This document shows, in pieces, positions 1 through 8,825 of a DNA stretch of 64,000 nucleotides. Within the stretch, counting starts at the first letter, position 1; each line of letters opens with the position of its first letter. The position numbers and the translations under genes were made by a program. The notes beneath the pieces are model-generated. The model made no database searches and was not told the origin of the DNA. It saw nothing but the letters and a program-made list of their open reading frames with translations. The stretch is from an uncultured Clostridium sp. (GTDB lineage Bacteria; Bacillota; Clostridia; TANB77; CAG-508): the NCBI GenBank assembly GCA_900553365.1, contig USDL01000003.1:24258-88257 (forward strand), given 5' to 3'.

Positions 1-524
1 TGAGTTAATCCGTGTGAATATATTGCCATTAGCCCACTATCATGCATTTCCTTTGCTTGCTCCCAATTATAATATCCTGGTGCTCCAACACAATCGTCTA
101 TTGCAAAAGATGTCATTGGTATATTATATTTTTTTGCAATTTGAAAGGCATAATTATATATTCCTATGTATCCATCATCAAATGTAATTAAATAACTCCT
201 TTTTGGAAGTTTTTTCTTACCTTCTTTATATTGAACTAAATCTTCATAGCTTATTGGTGTATAGCCTATTTTCTTTAGTGTTTTTATCTGCTTTTCAAAT
301 ACATCTACTGGAGTTTGCATAGATGGGTCTTCAACTTGGCTACTATTTTCAACTATTTCATGATATACAAAAATTGGTATTTTTAAGTTTTTTTCTCCTA
401 TATAATATTCTTTTCTCATTGTTACTACCTCACATATTAAAAATGTTATTATTATCGTTGATAATATTAAGCATATTGACAGTATAATTCTTTTTGTTTT
501 TGGTATTTTTGATTCTTTTTCCAT
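1..524 (-). CDS. polysaccharide deacetylase (NodB domain) with N-terminal membrane anchor; 3' end lies beyond position 1
   Basis: Reverse-strand translation from the ATG at 524 gives MEKESKIPKTKRIILSICLILSTIIITFLICEVVTMRKEYYIGEKNLKIPIFVYHEI...ITFDDGYIGIYNYAFQIAKKYNIPMTSFAI...YSHGLT. TFDDG is NodB motif 1. The ORF runs off the window edge, which is why it is absent from the ORF track. Confidence 0.7.
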   Translation of the reverse strand, partial: MEKESKIPKTKRIILSICLILSTIIITFLICEVVTMRKEYYIGEKNLKIPIFVYHEIVENSSQVEDPSMQTPVDVFEKQIKTLKKIGYTPISYEDLVQYKEGKKKLPKRSYLITFDDGYIGIYNYAFQIAKKYNIPMTSFAIDDCVGAPGYYNWEQAKEMHDSGLMAIYSHGLT

Positions 525-666
525 TGTATCATTTCCTTAATTCATTTTTTTACCTTGTTTTTTCAAATAATAAGTAATTATGAAACATTCTCCATAATTA
601 CTTGTTATTTTTGCATAGTTAGTATACTACATTAATATACTTTTTTCAATACGTACGTGCTAATTT

Positions 667-807
667 TTAGCAATTTATTCCAATTTTATGAGCCCATTTT
701 CTTGCTTGTTTTGTCATTCTTTTGCTATTGAACATTCCTTCTGCATACATTGCATAGGCTGCGGCTGTAACTGCTGACCCTATTATAATACCTTTTACAA
801 ATTTCAT
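667..807 (-). CDS. small glycine-zipper membrane protein (46 aa), YtxH-like N-terminus
   Basis: Translation is MKFVKGIIIGSAVTAAAYAMYAEGMFNSKRMTKQARKWAHKIGINC. It is preceded by a strong SD (GGAGGT) 7 nt upstream. It falls below the ORF-track size cutoff. Confidence 0.3.
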   Translation of the reverse strand: MKFVKGIIIGSAVTAAAYAMYAEGMFNSKRMTKQARKWAHKIGINC

Positions 808-832
808 ATATCATTACCTCCATTCTTTTTTA

Positions 833-1210
833 TTATTTGGACTTTTTTGTTTTTTTATACTCCTTTATAATTGAATATATTTCATATATTGCAATAATGG
901 TAAGGAAAATTCCAAAGCATCTTTTTAAAACTTTTACATTCATTTTTGATGATATATTTGCTCCTATTATGGCTCCTACCACACCACTTATTGCTAATGT
1001 TATTCCTATTTTCCATTCTATTAATTTGGATTTAATTGAAACTATTATTGCAGATATTGATGTTGGCACAAAAAACACTAAATTTGTTGCTTGAGCTACG
1101 TGTTGTTCTACGACTAAAAAAATAGAGAGAACAAGTATTAGTATTGTTCCTCCTCCCATTCCTGTTCCACTTACAGTTCCTGAAATTAATCCAGTTACAA
1201 TTTCCCACAT
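833..1210 (-). CDS. TauE/SafE (DUF81) anion-exporter family, C-terminal 4-TM half (ATG start MWEIVTG...; the ORF-track start at 1228 is a TTG)
   Basis: Contains Gly-rich TM helices (GTVSGTGMGGGT...VVGAIIGANISSK) typical of the second TauE repeat. It lies immediately downstream of the N-terminal half. Confidence 0.6.
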   Translation of the reverse strand: MWEIVTGLISGTVSGTGMGGGTILILVLSIFLVVEQHVAQATNLVFFVPTSISAIIVSIKSKLIEWKIGITLAISGVVGAIIGANISSKMNVKVLKRCFGIFLTIIAIYEIYSIIKEYKKTKKSK

Positions 1211-1220
1211 ATTAATCCTT

Positions 1221-1568
1221 TCACGCAATTATCATTTTTATTGATGTATATGTCAAAAATATTATAAATAAAATTCTTAAAACTTTTGTTGGCATTTTTT
1301 TTAAGAGTTTTGCCCCAATTACTCCTCCTATTATTCCTCCTATTGCACACTTTATTCCTAAATTCCAATCTATATAGTCGTTTTTATAGTAAAATATTCC
1401 GCTTGCTATTACCATTGGAAGTATTGCAAATACTGATGTTGCTCTTGCTTTACTATCTTCTAGTTTAAATAAATGTATTAATGCTGGAACTACTATCATT
1501 CCTCCTCCTGCTGCAAATAATCCGCTTATGACGCCTGCTATTAAGCCTATTGTTATCTTTTTAAACAT
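1221..1568 (-). CDS. TauE/SafE (DUF81) family, N-terminal 4-TM half
   Basis: Translation is MFKKITIGLIAGVISGLFAAGGGMIVVP...GGIIGGVIGAKLLKKMP, the first TauE repeat. The ORF ends at a TGA 13 nt before the ATG of the second half. Confidence 0.6.
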   Translation of the reverse strand: MFKKITIGLIAGVISGLFAAGGGMIVVPALIHLFKLEDSKARATSVFAILPMVIASGIFYYKNDYIDWNLGIKCAIGGIIGGVIGAKLLKKMPTKVLRILFIIFLTYTSIKMIIA

Positions 1569-1789
1569 TTTTTCCCCTGTTCATAATAACTTTTGAACTG
1601 CTCTTCTGCCATTTTTGTTAATTGTTCATCACATTTTAGCATTTGAATAATTATCTCATTTTTTAGTTCTTCATTTTCGATATTTTCTGCTTTATCCAAA
1701 AATTTTTGAAGCTCTCTTAGATATATTTTATTTTCTTTTTTCCAATCTTCTTTTATTTTCATATCTTTATTATTAGTTTTTTTTATCAT
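1553..1789 (-). CDS. hypothetical small charged protein (78 aa)
   Basis: Open frame overlapping the TauE start by 16 nt. No recognisable domain. Confidence 0.3.
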   Translation of the reverse strand: MIKKTNNKDMKIKEDWKKENKIYLRELQKFLDKAENIENEELKNEIIIQMLKCDEQLTKMAEEQFKSYYEQGKKCLKR

Positions 1790-1945
1790 TTTATACCTCT
1801 CTTTTACACATTTATTATATCATTTTGTTTACTGTTAGGCAACTTTTTATTACTTTTATCGTTATATTCTTTTGTTTTCATGTAATTTTTAGACAATAAA
1901 TGATAAAATACTGCCATATAATACTTTAAGAGAGGAGTTTTTCTT

Positions 1946-2158
1946 ATGATTAAATTTAAGCTTTCAAATTTATTAGGCGAGCATAAAATGACTCAAAAAG
2001 CTCTTGCTGACCTAACTAAAATACGTCCTGCTACAATTTCAAAAATGTATTATGAAGAAATTAAAAGAATAGATATAAAGCAATTAGATAGCATTTGTAA
2101 AGCTTTTAATTGCGAAATCTCTGAACTTTTAGAATACATACCTGATAAAAAACAATAA
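1946..2158 (+). CDS. XRE-family helix-turn-helix transcriptional regulator (70 aa)
   Basis: The motif MTQKALADLTKIRPATISKMY is a Cro/C1-type HTH. SD GAGAGGAG lies upstream and a terminator immediately downstream. Confidence 0.7.
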   Translation: MIKFKLSNLLGEHKMTQKALADLTKIRPATISKMYYEEIKRIDIKQLDSICKAFNCEISELLEYIPDKKQ

Positions 2159-2192
2159 GCTAAGCACTTATAACTTAGCTTATTGTTTTTGT
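2154..2192. terminator. rho-independent terminator between convergent genes
   Basis: Hairpin AATAAGCTAAG-cacttataa-CTTAGCTTATT followed by GTTTTTG. Confidence 0.55.
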
Positions 2193-2950
2193 TGTTTCCC
2201 GTTATTGTCAATTATATAATTTTCTGTATAAATTAATTCTGTTACTGGCACAATTTTGTATCCTTTATTTTGTATATTTGTAATTATCATATCTAAGCTG
2301 TTTGCTGTATTTTCTGTGCCATTGTGCATTAGTATAATGCTTCCATTTTCTAAGTTTGGTTCTATCCTCTCCCACATCTGCTCTCCTGTTAATGCCTTAT
2401 AATCTAATGAATCAATAGACCACTGTATTGTATAATGGTTATTATCCTTTGCTGCTTGTATTACTGTATCATTATACTCTCCATAAGGGCCTCTGTATAA
2501 TGTACTTGGTTTTCCTGTTATTTTTTTTATCAAGTCTGAACACTTATTTATTTGCTCAACATTTTTATCGTAGCTTAAATTATTTACATGTGGGTGATTA
2601 TATGAATGGTTTGCCAGTTCATGGCCTGCCTGATATATTTTTCTTGCTGCTTCTTCGTTCTTTTCTATCCAATCTCCTACCATAAAAAATGTTACTTTTA
2701 CTTGATGTTTATCTAATGTTTCTAATATTTTATCCACATCCTCTGCATTCCATGCACAGTTTATTGTTAAGGATATTTTCTTTTCTTCTGTTTGAACTGA
2801 ATATATTGGCAGTTGCCTCTTAGTAGCTGCAGTTGCTATAGTGTTTTCTGGCGTTTTTGCGAAAAATGAAGTCATTAAAAATAGGGCAAACACGGTTGAA
2901 CATGCTACGACAAATGCCATTATTTTGTCTTTATTGAATACTAAAAACAT
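2180..2950 (-). CDS. polysaccharide deacetylase family protein (NodB; PdaA/PdaB-like), N-terminal anchor
   Basis: Contains the ...VTFFMVGDW...HELANHSYNHP...LYRGPYGE...ILMHN series of NodB motifs. N-terminal hydrophobic segment. Confidence 0.8.
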   Translation of the reverse strand: MFLVFNKDKIMAFVVACSTVFALFLMTSFFAKTPENTIATAATKRQLPIYSVQTEEKKISLTINCAWNAEDVDKILETLDKHQVKVTFFMVGDWIEKNEEAARKIYQAGHELANHSYNHPHVNNLSYDKNVEQINKCSDLIKKITGKPSTLYRGPYGEYNDTVIQAAKDNNHYTIQWSIDSLDYKALTGEQMWERIEPNLENGSIILMHNGTENTANSLDMIITNIQNKGYKIVPVTELIYTENYIIDNNGKQQKQ

Positions 2951-3001
2951 AATTAACCTCCAAAATTTAAGCTAATAAATTTTATGCTTGAATTTTGATA
3001 A

Positions 3002-4504
3002 TTATGCATTTGTTATAATTATTCTTCCATTTTTATTTTCTTTTTTTATTTCTTCTGCTCTGTATGTATAAATTCTATATTCGTTTTTACCATCAAATTT
3101 TATTCTTACTGCTTTTGTGTAGTCTGTTTTGTTCATTGGGTGTTTTTCTTCTATTATTAAACTTGCTTTTGTATTTTTTAGTGTTTCAAATGTTGTCATA
3201 AATCCTATTCCGCTTCCTCCTGTTTCTTTATGAGTAGTAATTTGTTCTAGTCCAAGTTTTAATAATGTTGGTATTTCAAATTCTATACCTGTATCATATA
3301 TACGAACTTCATAGTGTTCATCTATTATTCCTAGTATTAGCAATATATTTTTATTTGTATTGTTGCTACTATTTATTGCTATTATTGCGTCTTTTATGTG
3401 GTCACCTAGCATTGTTTCTAGCTTACTTTGCTCTACTATGTTTTCTATCATGTAGTTGATATTTCCATTTATTTTTACATTAAATTTTATATTGATTTTA
3501 GTTGCTTCTTGGTTCATGTATTCTAAAATATTATCTATGCCAAAGATTCCTGTTTTTGGTATTTTGTTTTCTATATTTTTCTCCATTTCCATAGTGTATT
3601 CTTTAGATAGTTTTTGTACTTGTTTTTCAAAATTTAAAAATTCATCTCCAAATTCTACTTTCATGTTTTCTACTATTTCTGGTTTTGACATTACTTTGTT
3701 TGAGAAGCCTTCTAATGCTTTTATTCTATTGCTGTATTTATGATTTATTGTAGCAATTCTTTGATTTTCTTCTAGGATGTTTTTTATTTCTTTGTCCTTT
3801 TCTTTTATTTCGTTTTCTAGTTCTTCTATTGTTTTTTCTTTTAATTTTTGTTTATAGTATTTGGTTATTTTCTGTTTAATCCAAATAAACATGCAGATAG
3901 ATTCAATGACAATGCCTAAAAATAAATATGTACCTGACTGCCATTCACTAGTATTGCTCACTATTGAGTATATTATTATGGTTATTCCAATAAATGCAAA
4001 ACCAATTATTCCTATATTATTTAGCTTTTTATTATCTTTTAAAAATGTTATACCATTCTTAAGCCTTTTAATTCTAAATATTCTATTTATTAATAATATT
4101 TCTACACATATTATTAGCATTAAGGAATAGATTGAATTAATTGGAAAGTCTGGCTCAATAAGCATTAATATAATTGCAACTATAACAACACTAATTGTGT
4201 ATACTAAATATGTAATACTAAAAGATGCTAGTGTTACAATTATAGAATAACTAAATTTATTGTTTGTTATTTTTGATATTACAAAACCATGTATTAAATA
4301 CATAACAATTAAAACTGGTAATACAGGAATATATTGTACAAGAAACACTTCCAAACTCGCTTCTATTATGCTTATTATTAAAATTGCGAGTGTTTTTAGC
4401 TTGTCATTATCTCCATAATCAGTTAGTTTTATAAATATGAAATATGTCAAAATATTTATAAAATCCACTTTTAATACTTTATTTACTATATCTATTATTT
4501 CCAT
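3002..4504 (-). CDS. membrane sensor histidine kinase, AgrC/LytS-like (6-7 TM N-domain, coiled coil, GHKL ATPase)
   Basis: Multi-TM N-terminus. H-box-like RIATINHKYSNRIKALE. C-terminal ATPase with ...HKETGGSGIGFMTTFETL. Probable start is MEIIDIV at 4504, which has an AGAGGGA SD. The track ORF extends to 4558. Confidence 0.7.
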   Translation of the reverse strand: MEIIDIVNKVLKVDFINILTYFIFIKLTDYGDNDKLKTLAILIISIIEASLEVFLVQYIPVLPVLIVMYLIHGFVISKITNNKFSYSIIVTLASFSITYLVYTISVVIVAIILMLIEPDFPINSIYSLMLIICVEILLINRIFRIKRLKNGITFLKDNKKLNNIGIIGFAFIGITIIIYSIVSNTSEWQSGTYLFLGIVIESICMFIWIKQKITKYYKQKLKEKTIEELENEIKEKDKEIKNILEENQRIATINHKYSNRIKALEGFSNKVMSKPEIVENMKVEFGDEFLNFEKQVQKLSKEYTMEMEKNIENKIPKTGIFGIDNILEYMNQEATKINIKFNVKINGNINYMIENIVEQSKLETMLGDHIKDAIIAINSSNNTNKNILLILGIIDEHYEVRIYDTGIEFEIPTLLKLGLEQITTHKETGGSGIGFMTTFETLKNTKASLIIEEKHPMNKTDYTKAVRIKFDGKNEYRIYTYRAEEIKKENKNGRIIITNA

Positions 4505-4593
4505 ATAATCCCTCTGTATTTTATTATATATAAATTGTAAAAAAAAATCAAACCACATATATTAATATGTGATTTGACTATACTATTTATTTT

Positions 4594-4641
4594 TTATACT
4601 CCGCCCCAATATAAGAAAAATTCCATTATTTTTTGCCACAT
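4594..4641 (-). CDS. 15-aa ORF MWQKIMEFFLYWGGV with a perfect SD, in the leader of the kinase gene
   Basis: AAAAGGAGGTGGGAATT-ATG. The ORF ends 90 nt upstream of the kinase start. Too short for the ORF track. Confidence 0.25.
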   Translation of the reverse strand: MWQKIMEFFLYWGGV

Positions 4642-4700
4642 AATTCCCACCTCCTTTTTTAATGAATTTGGTAATTTGCATTTTGTATAATACAAAAATA

Positions 4701-4727
4701 CCACCTAAGCTTGATTTCTTAGGTGGT
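4701..4727 (-). terminator. terminator downstream of the response-regulator gene (minus strand)
   Basis: CCACCTAAG-cttgatttc-CTTAGGTGG 9-bp stem. On the minus strand it is followed by a U-rich run. A weaker second hairpin lies at 4772-4797. Confidence 0.5.
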
Positions 4728-4804
4728 TTGGGGATGGAAAAATTATGCAATGAAATACAAAAAAATAAAAGCTCTAAACTTTTTGTTAGAGTTTTTATTG
4801 TTTT

Positions 4805-5599
4805 CTATAAATATTTTTTAATTTTATCTGCATAGTAATATATAAATTCTGTTGGTGTTGGCACTCCTGTTTGATGATTTATTCTAGCTGTATAATGTGT
4901 CATTAAGTCATCTATTGAGGATATTCTCCATGCATAGTTTATGGCTGTTTGCATCGCTCTGCTTATGCTACTATTACCAACTTTAAATTCGTTTGATAAA
5001 TAGTAAAATACTGAATCGTTGTTTTTTTCATCATTTTCTAATAGATACAAAATTGCATCAAATAAGTATTTTCTACCTTTTAAATGATTTGCTACTCCAA
5101 TTAGATCTAATTCATTGTTTATTTTATCTTTTATTCTGTTTTCATGCTCTATTGGCGTTTCTGTTGTAGTTTTAACTATATTAGTTTGATTATGGTATAT
5201 GGTTTCTCTTAATGAAACCATTGAATTTATTACCATTTCAGGGCTATAATCACTTTGTTTTTTATAAAAGATAAAATCTGTTCCCAAGTCATGAATATGG
5301 TTATACACTATATTTGATGAGACATTTGTAGTAACAACTATTAATGGTCTAAATTCTAATTTAGTTTTCTGCAATTCTTCTAAAAAGCTTATTCCTGAGC
5401 CTTCTCCTTTATGTAATTCTAAATCAAGGATTATTCCTTCTGGGACATACGTTTTTGTGTCCTTGATTCCTTCGTAGCTTGAATTTGTATGCTTTATTAT
5501 TTCTGCATCATTTCTAGTTTTTAAGTATTCTAGAAATTCTTTAACTTCAAGTTCATCATCTTCAATTAATAATATAGACATAGGTTTTTCAGTATTCAT
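4805..5599 (-). CDS. Spo0A-like response regulator paralog (receiver domain plus Spo0A_C-type DNA-binding domain)
   Basis: Receiver MSILLIEDDELEV...IILDLELH...FIFYKK. C-terminal LDLIGVANHLKGRKYLFDAILYLLEND...SRAMQTAINYAWR...PTPTEFIYYYADKI parallels Spo0A HEIGVPAHIKGYLYL...SRVERAIRHAIEVAW...PTNSEFIAMVADKL. SD AAGGAGGT upstream. Confidence 0.75.
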   Translation of the reverse strand: MNTEKPMSILLIEDDELEVKEFLEYLKTRNDAEIIKHTNSSYEGIKDTKTYVPEGIILDLELHKGEGSGISFLEELQKTKLEFRPLIVVTTNVSSNIVYNHIHDLGTDFIFYKKQSDYSPEMVINSMVSLRETIYHNQTNIVKTTTETPIEHENRIKDKINNELDLIGVANHLKGRKYLFDAILYLLENDEKNNDSVFYYLSNEFKVGNSSISRAMQTAINYAWRISSIDDLMTHYTARINHQTGVPTPTEFIYYYADKIKKYL

Positions 5600-5756
5600 A
5601 ATAGTTAATATTACCTCCTTAGTAAAACTTTAGTTTGGTAATCAAACTACCTATTTAATATACCACATTTTTCGGCAAATTTCCACATTTTTTGCATTGT
5701 TTGTTCCACACTTTTTTATTTGATTTTGAAATACACTATTTATGGAGGTTTAAATT

Positions 5757-6083
5757 ATGAAAGAAGAAATTGGAAAAAGAATTACAGAAATAAGAAAAAG
5801 CTTAAATATGAACAAGGAGCAGTTTGCTAAATTAATTGGGTTTAGCGGGCAATTCTTAGGCACTGTTGAATCAGGTGTAAATGGTTTAGCATTAGATAGA
5901 GTAATAGCTATTTGTGAGAAGACAAATACTTCTGCTGATTATCTTCTTTTTGGAAAGAGAACAATATTTGCTGATGATTTAAAGCAAATTTTTGAGAACA
6001 TTGATGAGTCTCAAATTGCTCCCGCTTTTGAAGCATTACAAAATATAGCTTTGTTCATAAAAGAATCTAAAAATTCTGCATAA
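5757..6083 (+). CDS. XRE-family HTH regulator (108 aa)
   Basis: EQFAKLIGFSGQFLGTVESG HTH motif. Divergent from the Spo0A-like gene. Confidence 0.7.
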   Translation: MKEEIGKRITEIRKSLNMNKEQFAKLIGFSGQFLGTVESGVNGLALDRVIAICEKTNTSADYLLFGKRTIFADDLKQIFENIDESQIAPAFEALQNIALFIKESKNSA

Positions 6084-6084
6084 T

Positions 6085-6115
6085 AAAAGATGGCTTTTGC
6101 CATCTTTTATTATTT
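6085..6115. terminator. bidirectional rho-independent terminator
   Basis: AAAAGATGGC-tttt-GCCATCTTTT followed by a T-run. It sits between the XRE stop and the FtsZ-paralog stop. Confidence 0.6.
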
Positions 6116-7062
6116 TACTCAACTCCGGTTGCTATAACAGTTACCTCTGTTTCATCTCCTAATGTTTCATCAATTACTGTTCCAAATAAAATGTTTGCAT
6201 CTGGATCAACCTTATCATTTATTACTTGAATAGCAGTATTAATTTCAATTAATCCTAGGTTTTCTCCTCCTCTTATGTTGAAGATTACACCTTTTGCATT
6301 ATCTATTTTATTTTCAGTTAATGGGTTATCAATAGCCCTTCTAACAGTATCTTCAAGTGGTTCATCATTTCTCTTTTTTGCAATTCCCATGTAGGCTTTT
6401 CCTTTATAACTAAAAATTGTTTGAACATCGGCGAAGTCTATATTAATATCTCCAACAGTTGTAATTAAGTCTGTTATGCTTTGAATACCTTGTTTTAGTG
6501 TATTATCAGCTAGTTCAAAAGCATCTTGTATTGATGTTTTGTCTCCAACTACTTTTAGCAAGTTATCATTCAAAACAACTATTAATGCATTAACATTTTC
6601 TTTTAGCTTTGCAATTCCACTATCTGCTCTAAGTGACCTTTTTCTACCTTCAAAAGTAAATGGTTTAGTAACAATTCCAACAGTTAAAATATTCATAGAT
6701 TTTGCAATTTCTGCAACTACTGGTGCTGCACCTGTTCCAGTTCCTCCTCCCATTCCAGCAGTTAAGAATAACATATCAGTGTTTTGTAAGATTTTTTTAA
6801 TTTCTTCTTTACTTTCAAGAGCTGCTTTTTCTCCTATTACTTCATTTGCACCAGCTCCTAATCCCTTTGTTGTTTCTTTACCAATTTGTAAAACGTTTTT
6901 AGCATTAGCCGTTTTTAGGCAATTAGTTTCTGTATTAAATAAATATGTCTCAATATTTGGAACTTCATCTGCAATCATTCTCATAACTGCATTGTTTCCT
7001 CCTCCTCCAACACCAATTACTTTTATTTTTGCTATTGCTTCTGTATTTTTTACATTATTCAT
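6115..7062 (-). CDS. FtsZ paralog: tubulin/FtsZ GTPase core only (315 aa), no C-terminal linker or tail
   Basis: KVIGVGGGGNNAV...AGMGGGTGTGAAPVVAEIAK (G-box). NIDFADV matches the T7 loop. Collinear with B. subtilis FtsZ up to ...VTVIATG, then a stop and a terminator. Confidence 0.85.
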   Translation of the reverse strand: MNNVKNTEAIAKIKVIGVGGGGNNAVMRMIADEVPNIETYLFNTETNCLKTANAKNVLQIGKETTKGLGAGANEVIGEKAALESKEEIKKILQNTDMLFLTAGMGGGTGTGAAPVVAEIAKSMNILTVGIVTKPFTFEGRKRSLRADSGIAKLKENVNALIVVLNDNLLKVVGDKTSIQDAFELADNTLKQGIQSITDLITTVGDINIDFADVQTIFSYKGKAYMGIAKKRNDEPLEDTVRRAIDNPLTENKIDNAKGVIFNIRGGENLGLIEINTAIQVINDKVDPDANILFGTVIDETLGDETEVTVIATGVE

Positions 7063-7187
7063 ATATAAATCACCTTTCCTTTTGCATTTTTTACTTTATT
7101 ATATTTTAATTTAAAAAGCAAGACCTTTGGTCATAAAATGATTATATATTATACCACAATTTTTTATTTTTTCATTAGTTTTTATAA

Positions 7188-7228
7188 TAAAAATCAGCTC
7201 TTTTTAATTTTGAGCTGATTTTTAAAAT
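7188..7228 (-). terminator. terminator downstream of spoIVA
   Basis: AAAATCAGCTC-(11 nt)-GAGCTGATTTT, with flanking T and A runs. Confidence 0.55.
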
Positions 7229-8707
7229 TTATAGTATTATACAAATTAGTCCGCCGCTGCCTTCATTTACTATTCTTTCTAGGGTTTCTTGTAGTTTTCC
7301 TTGTGCCTCTTCTGGCATTCTGTATAGTTTGTTTTGTAGTCCTTCATTAACTAATTCATGTAAATTCTTTCCAAATATATTTGATTCCCAAATTTTCTTT
7401 GGATCATTTTCAAATTCAGATAGTAAGTAATTTACTAGTTCTTCTGATTGTTTTTCGCTTCCTACTATTGGTGATACCTCTGTTTCTATGTCTGCTCTAA
7501 TTAGATGTATTGATGGTGCACGAGCTTTTAGTTTTACTCCAAATCTTGAGCCTTGTTTTACTATTTCAGGTTCATCAAGGATTAATTCTTCCATACTTGG
7601 CATCACTATTCCATATCCCTTTTGTCTTACTTCTTGCAATGCCATTGATACTTTATCATATTCTTTTTTTACATTTGCTAAGTTTTCCATAGTAGTAAAT
7701 AAATCTGCTTCATTTTTTATTTCTATTCCTGTAATTTCAGTAAGTATTTTATAGAATAAATTATTATTTAATGTTATTTCTATTGAAACTGAGCCTGTGC
7801 CTAAATCTATCTTATCTATTGTTGTTTTTACAATAATTTCTGTTTGCTTTATTCTTGATATACCAGTATTTATTGTTTTTATAGTTGTTATATCTTTAAA
7901 TGCGTCTTTTATTTCTTTAAATAATTCTTGTTTTAGTTCATGTTCATAATTTAAGCCATCTATCCATCCTGGGAAGTTAATATTTATTCTTTCTACTGGG
8001 AACTCATATAATATTCTTCCAAAAATGTTATTTATATCATCTGTACTTAAATTTGTGCAATCTGTTGGTATTACTGAAACGTTGTATTTTTCTTCTAACT
8101 CTTTTGCTAAATTTTGTGTTTCATCACTATGAGGATTATTTGTGTTAAGTACAATTACAAATGGTTTGTTTAATGCCTTTAGCTCACTTACAACTCTTGA
8201 TTCTGCCTCTACATAATCTTCTCTTGGAATTTCTGTTATGCTTCCATCTGTAGTTACTAATATTCCTATTGTTGAGTGTTCTGTAATAACTTTTCTTGTG
8301 CCTATTTCTGCCGCTTCTTCAAATGGAATTTCTTCATCTGACCATGGAGTTTTTACCATTCTCGGTACATCTTCTTCCATATACCCAATAGCATTGTTTA
8401 CTAAATAACCTACACAGTCAACCAATCTTGTTTTTAAATTTAAGTTGTCTCCTATTGTTATTTCAATAGCTTCATTAGGCACAAATTTGGGTTCTGTGGT
8501 CATTATTGTTCTTCCCGCAGCACTCTGTGGAAGTTCATCTCTTGCTCTTTCTCTTTTATAGCTGTTTTCTATGTTTGGAATAACTAATAAATCCATGAAA
8601 TTTTTTATAAATGTAGATTTTCCTGTTCTTACTGGTCCTACTACTCCAACATATATATCCCCATCTGTCCTTGCCCTAATGTCCTCATATACTCCTATAT
8701 TCTCCAT
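7229..8707 (-). CDS. spoIVA: stage IV sporulation protein A (spore coat morphogenetic ATPase)
   Basis: N-terminus MENIGVYEDIRARTDGDIYVGVVGPVRTGKSTFIKNFMDLLVIPNIE carries the SpoIVA Walker A. 492 aa. GGAGG SD. Confidence 0.9.
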   Translation of the reverse strand: MENIGVYEDIRARTDGDIYVGVVGPVRTGKSTFIKNFMDLLVIPNIENSYKRERARDELPQSAAGRTIMTTEPKFVPNEAIEITIGDNLNLKTRLVDCVGYLVNNAIGYMEEDVPRMVKTPWSDEEIPFEEAAEIGTRKVITEHSTIGILVTTDGSITEIPREDYVEAESRVVSELKALNKPFVIVLNTNNPHSDETQNLAKELEEKYNVSVIPTDCTNLSTDDINNIFGRILYEFPVERININFPGWIDGLNYEHELKQELFKEIKDAFKDITTIKTINTGISRIKQTEIIVKTTIDKIDLGTGSVSIEITLNNNLFYKILTEITGIEIKNEADLFTTMENLANVKKEYDKVSMALQEVRQKGYGIVMPSMEELILDEPEIVKQGSRFGVKLKARAPSIHLIRADIETEVSPIVGSEKQSEELVNYLLSEFENDPKKIWESNIFGKNLHELVNEGLQNKLYRMPEEAQGKLQETLERIVNEGSGGLICIIL

Positions 8708-8825
8708 AAAAATAATTACCTCCCATAACTTAAACGTTTGTACTAAACTTTAATTAATGTATATTAGGGGTAGGTAATTATTATTACTATTTTTTTGAAT
8801 TTTTTTATATGATTTTTCGAAATGA

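Noticed and set aside
6539-7114. 191-aa plus-strand ORF antisense to the FtsZ paralog
   Set aside because: Low-complexity translation produced by reading an AT-rich gene on the opposite strand. No SD. Fully overlapped by a strongly supported gene.
8708-8821. Sigma-E-type promoter upstream of spoIVA
   Set aside because: Expected from biology, but I could not match a convincing -35/-10 pair by eye.
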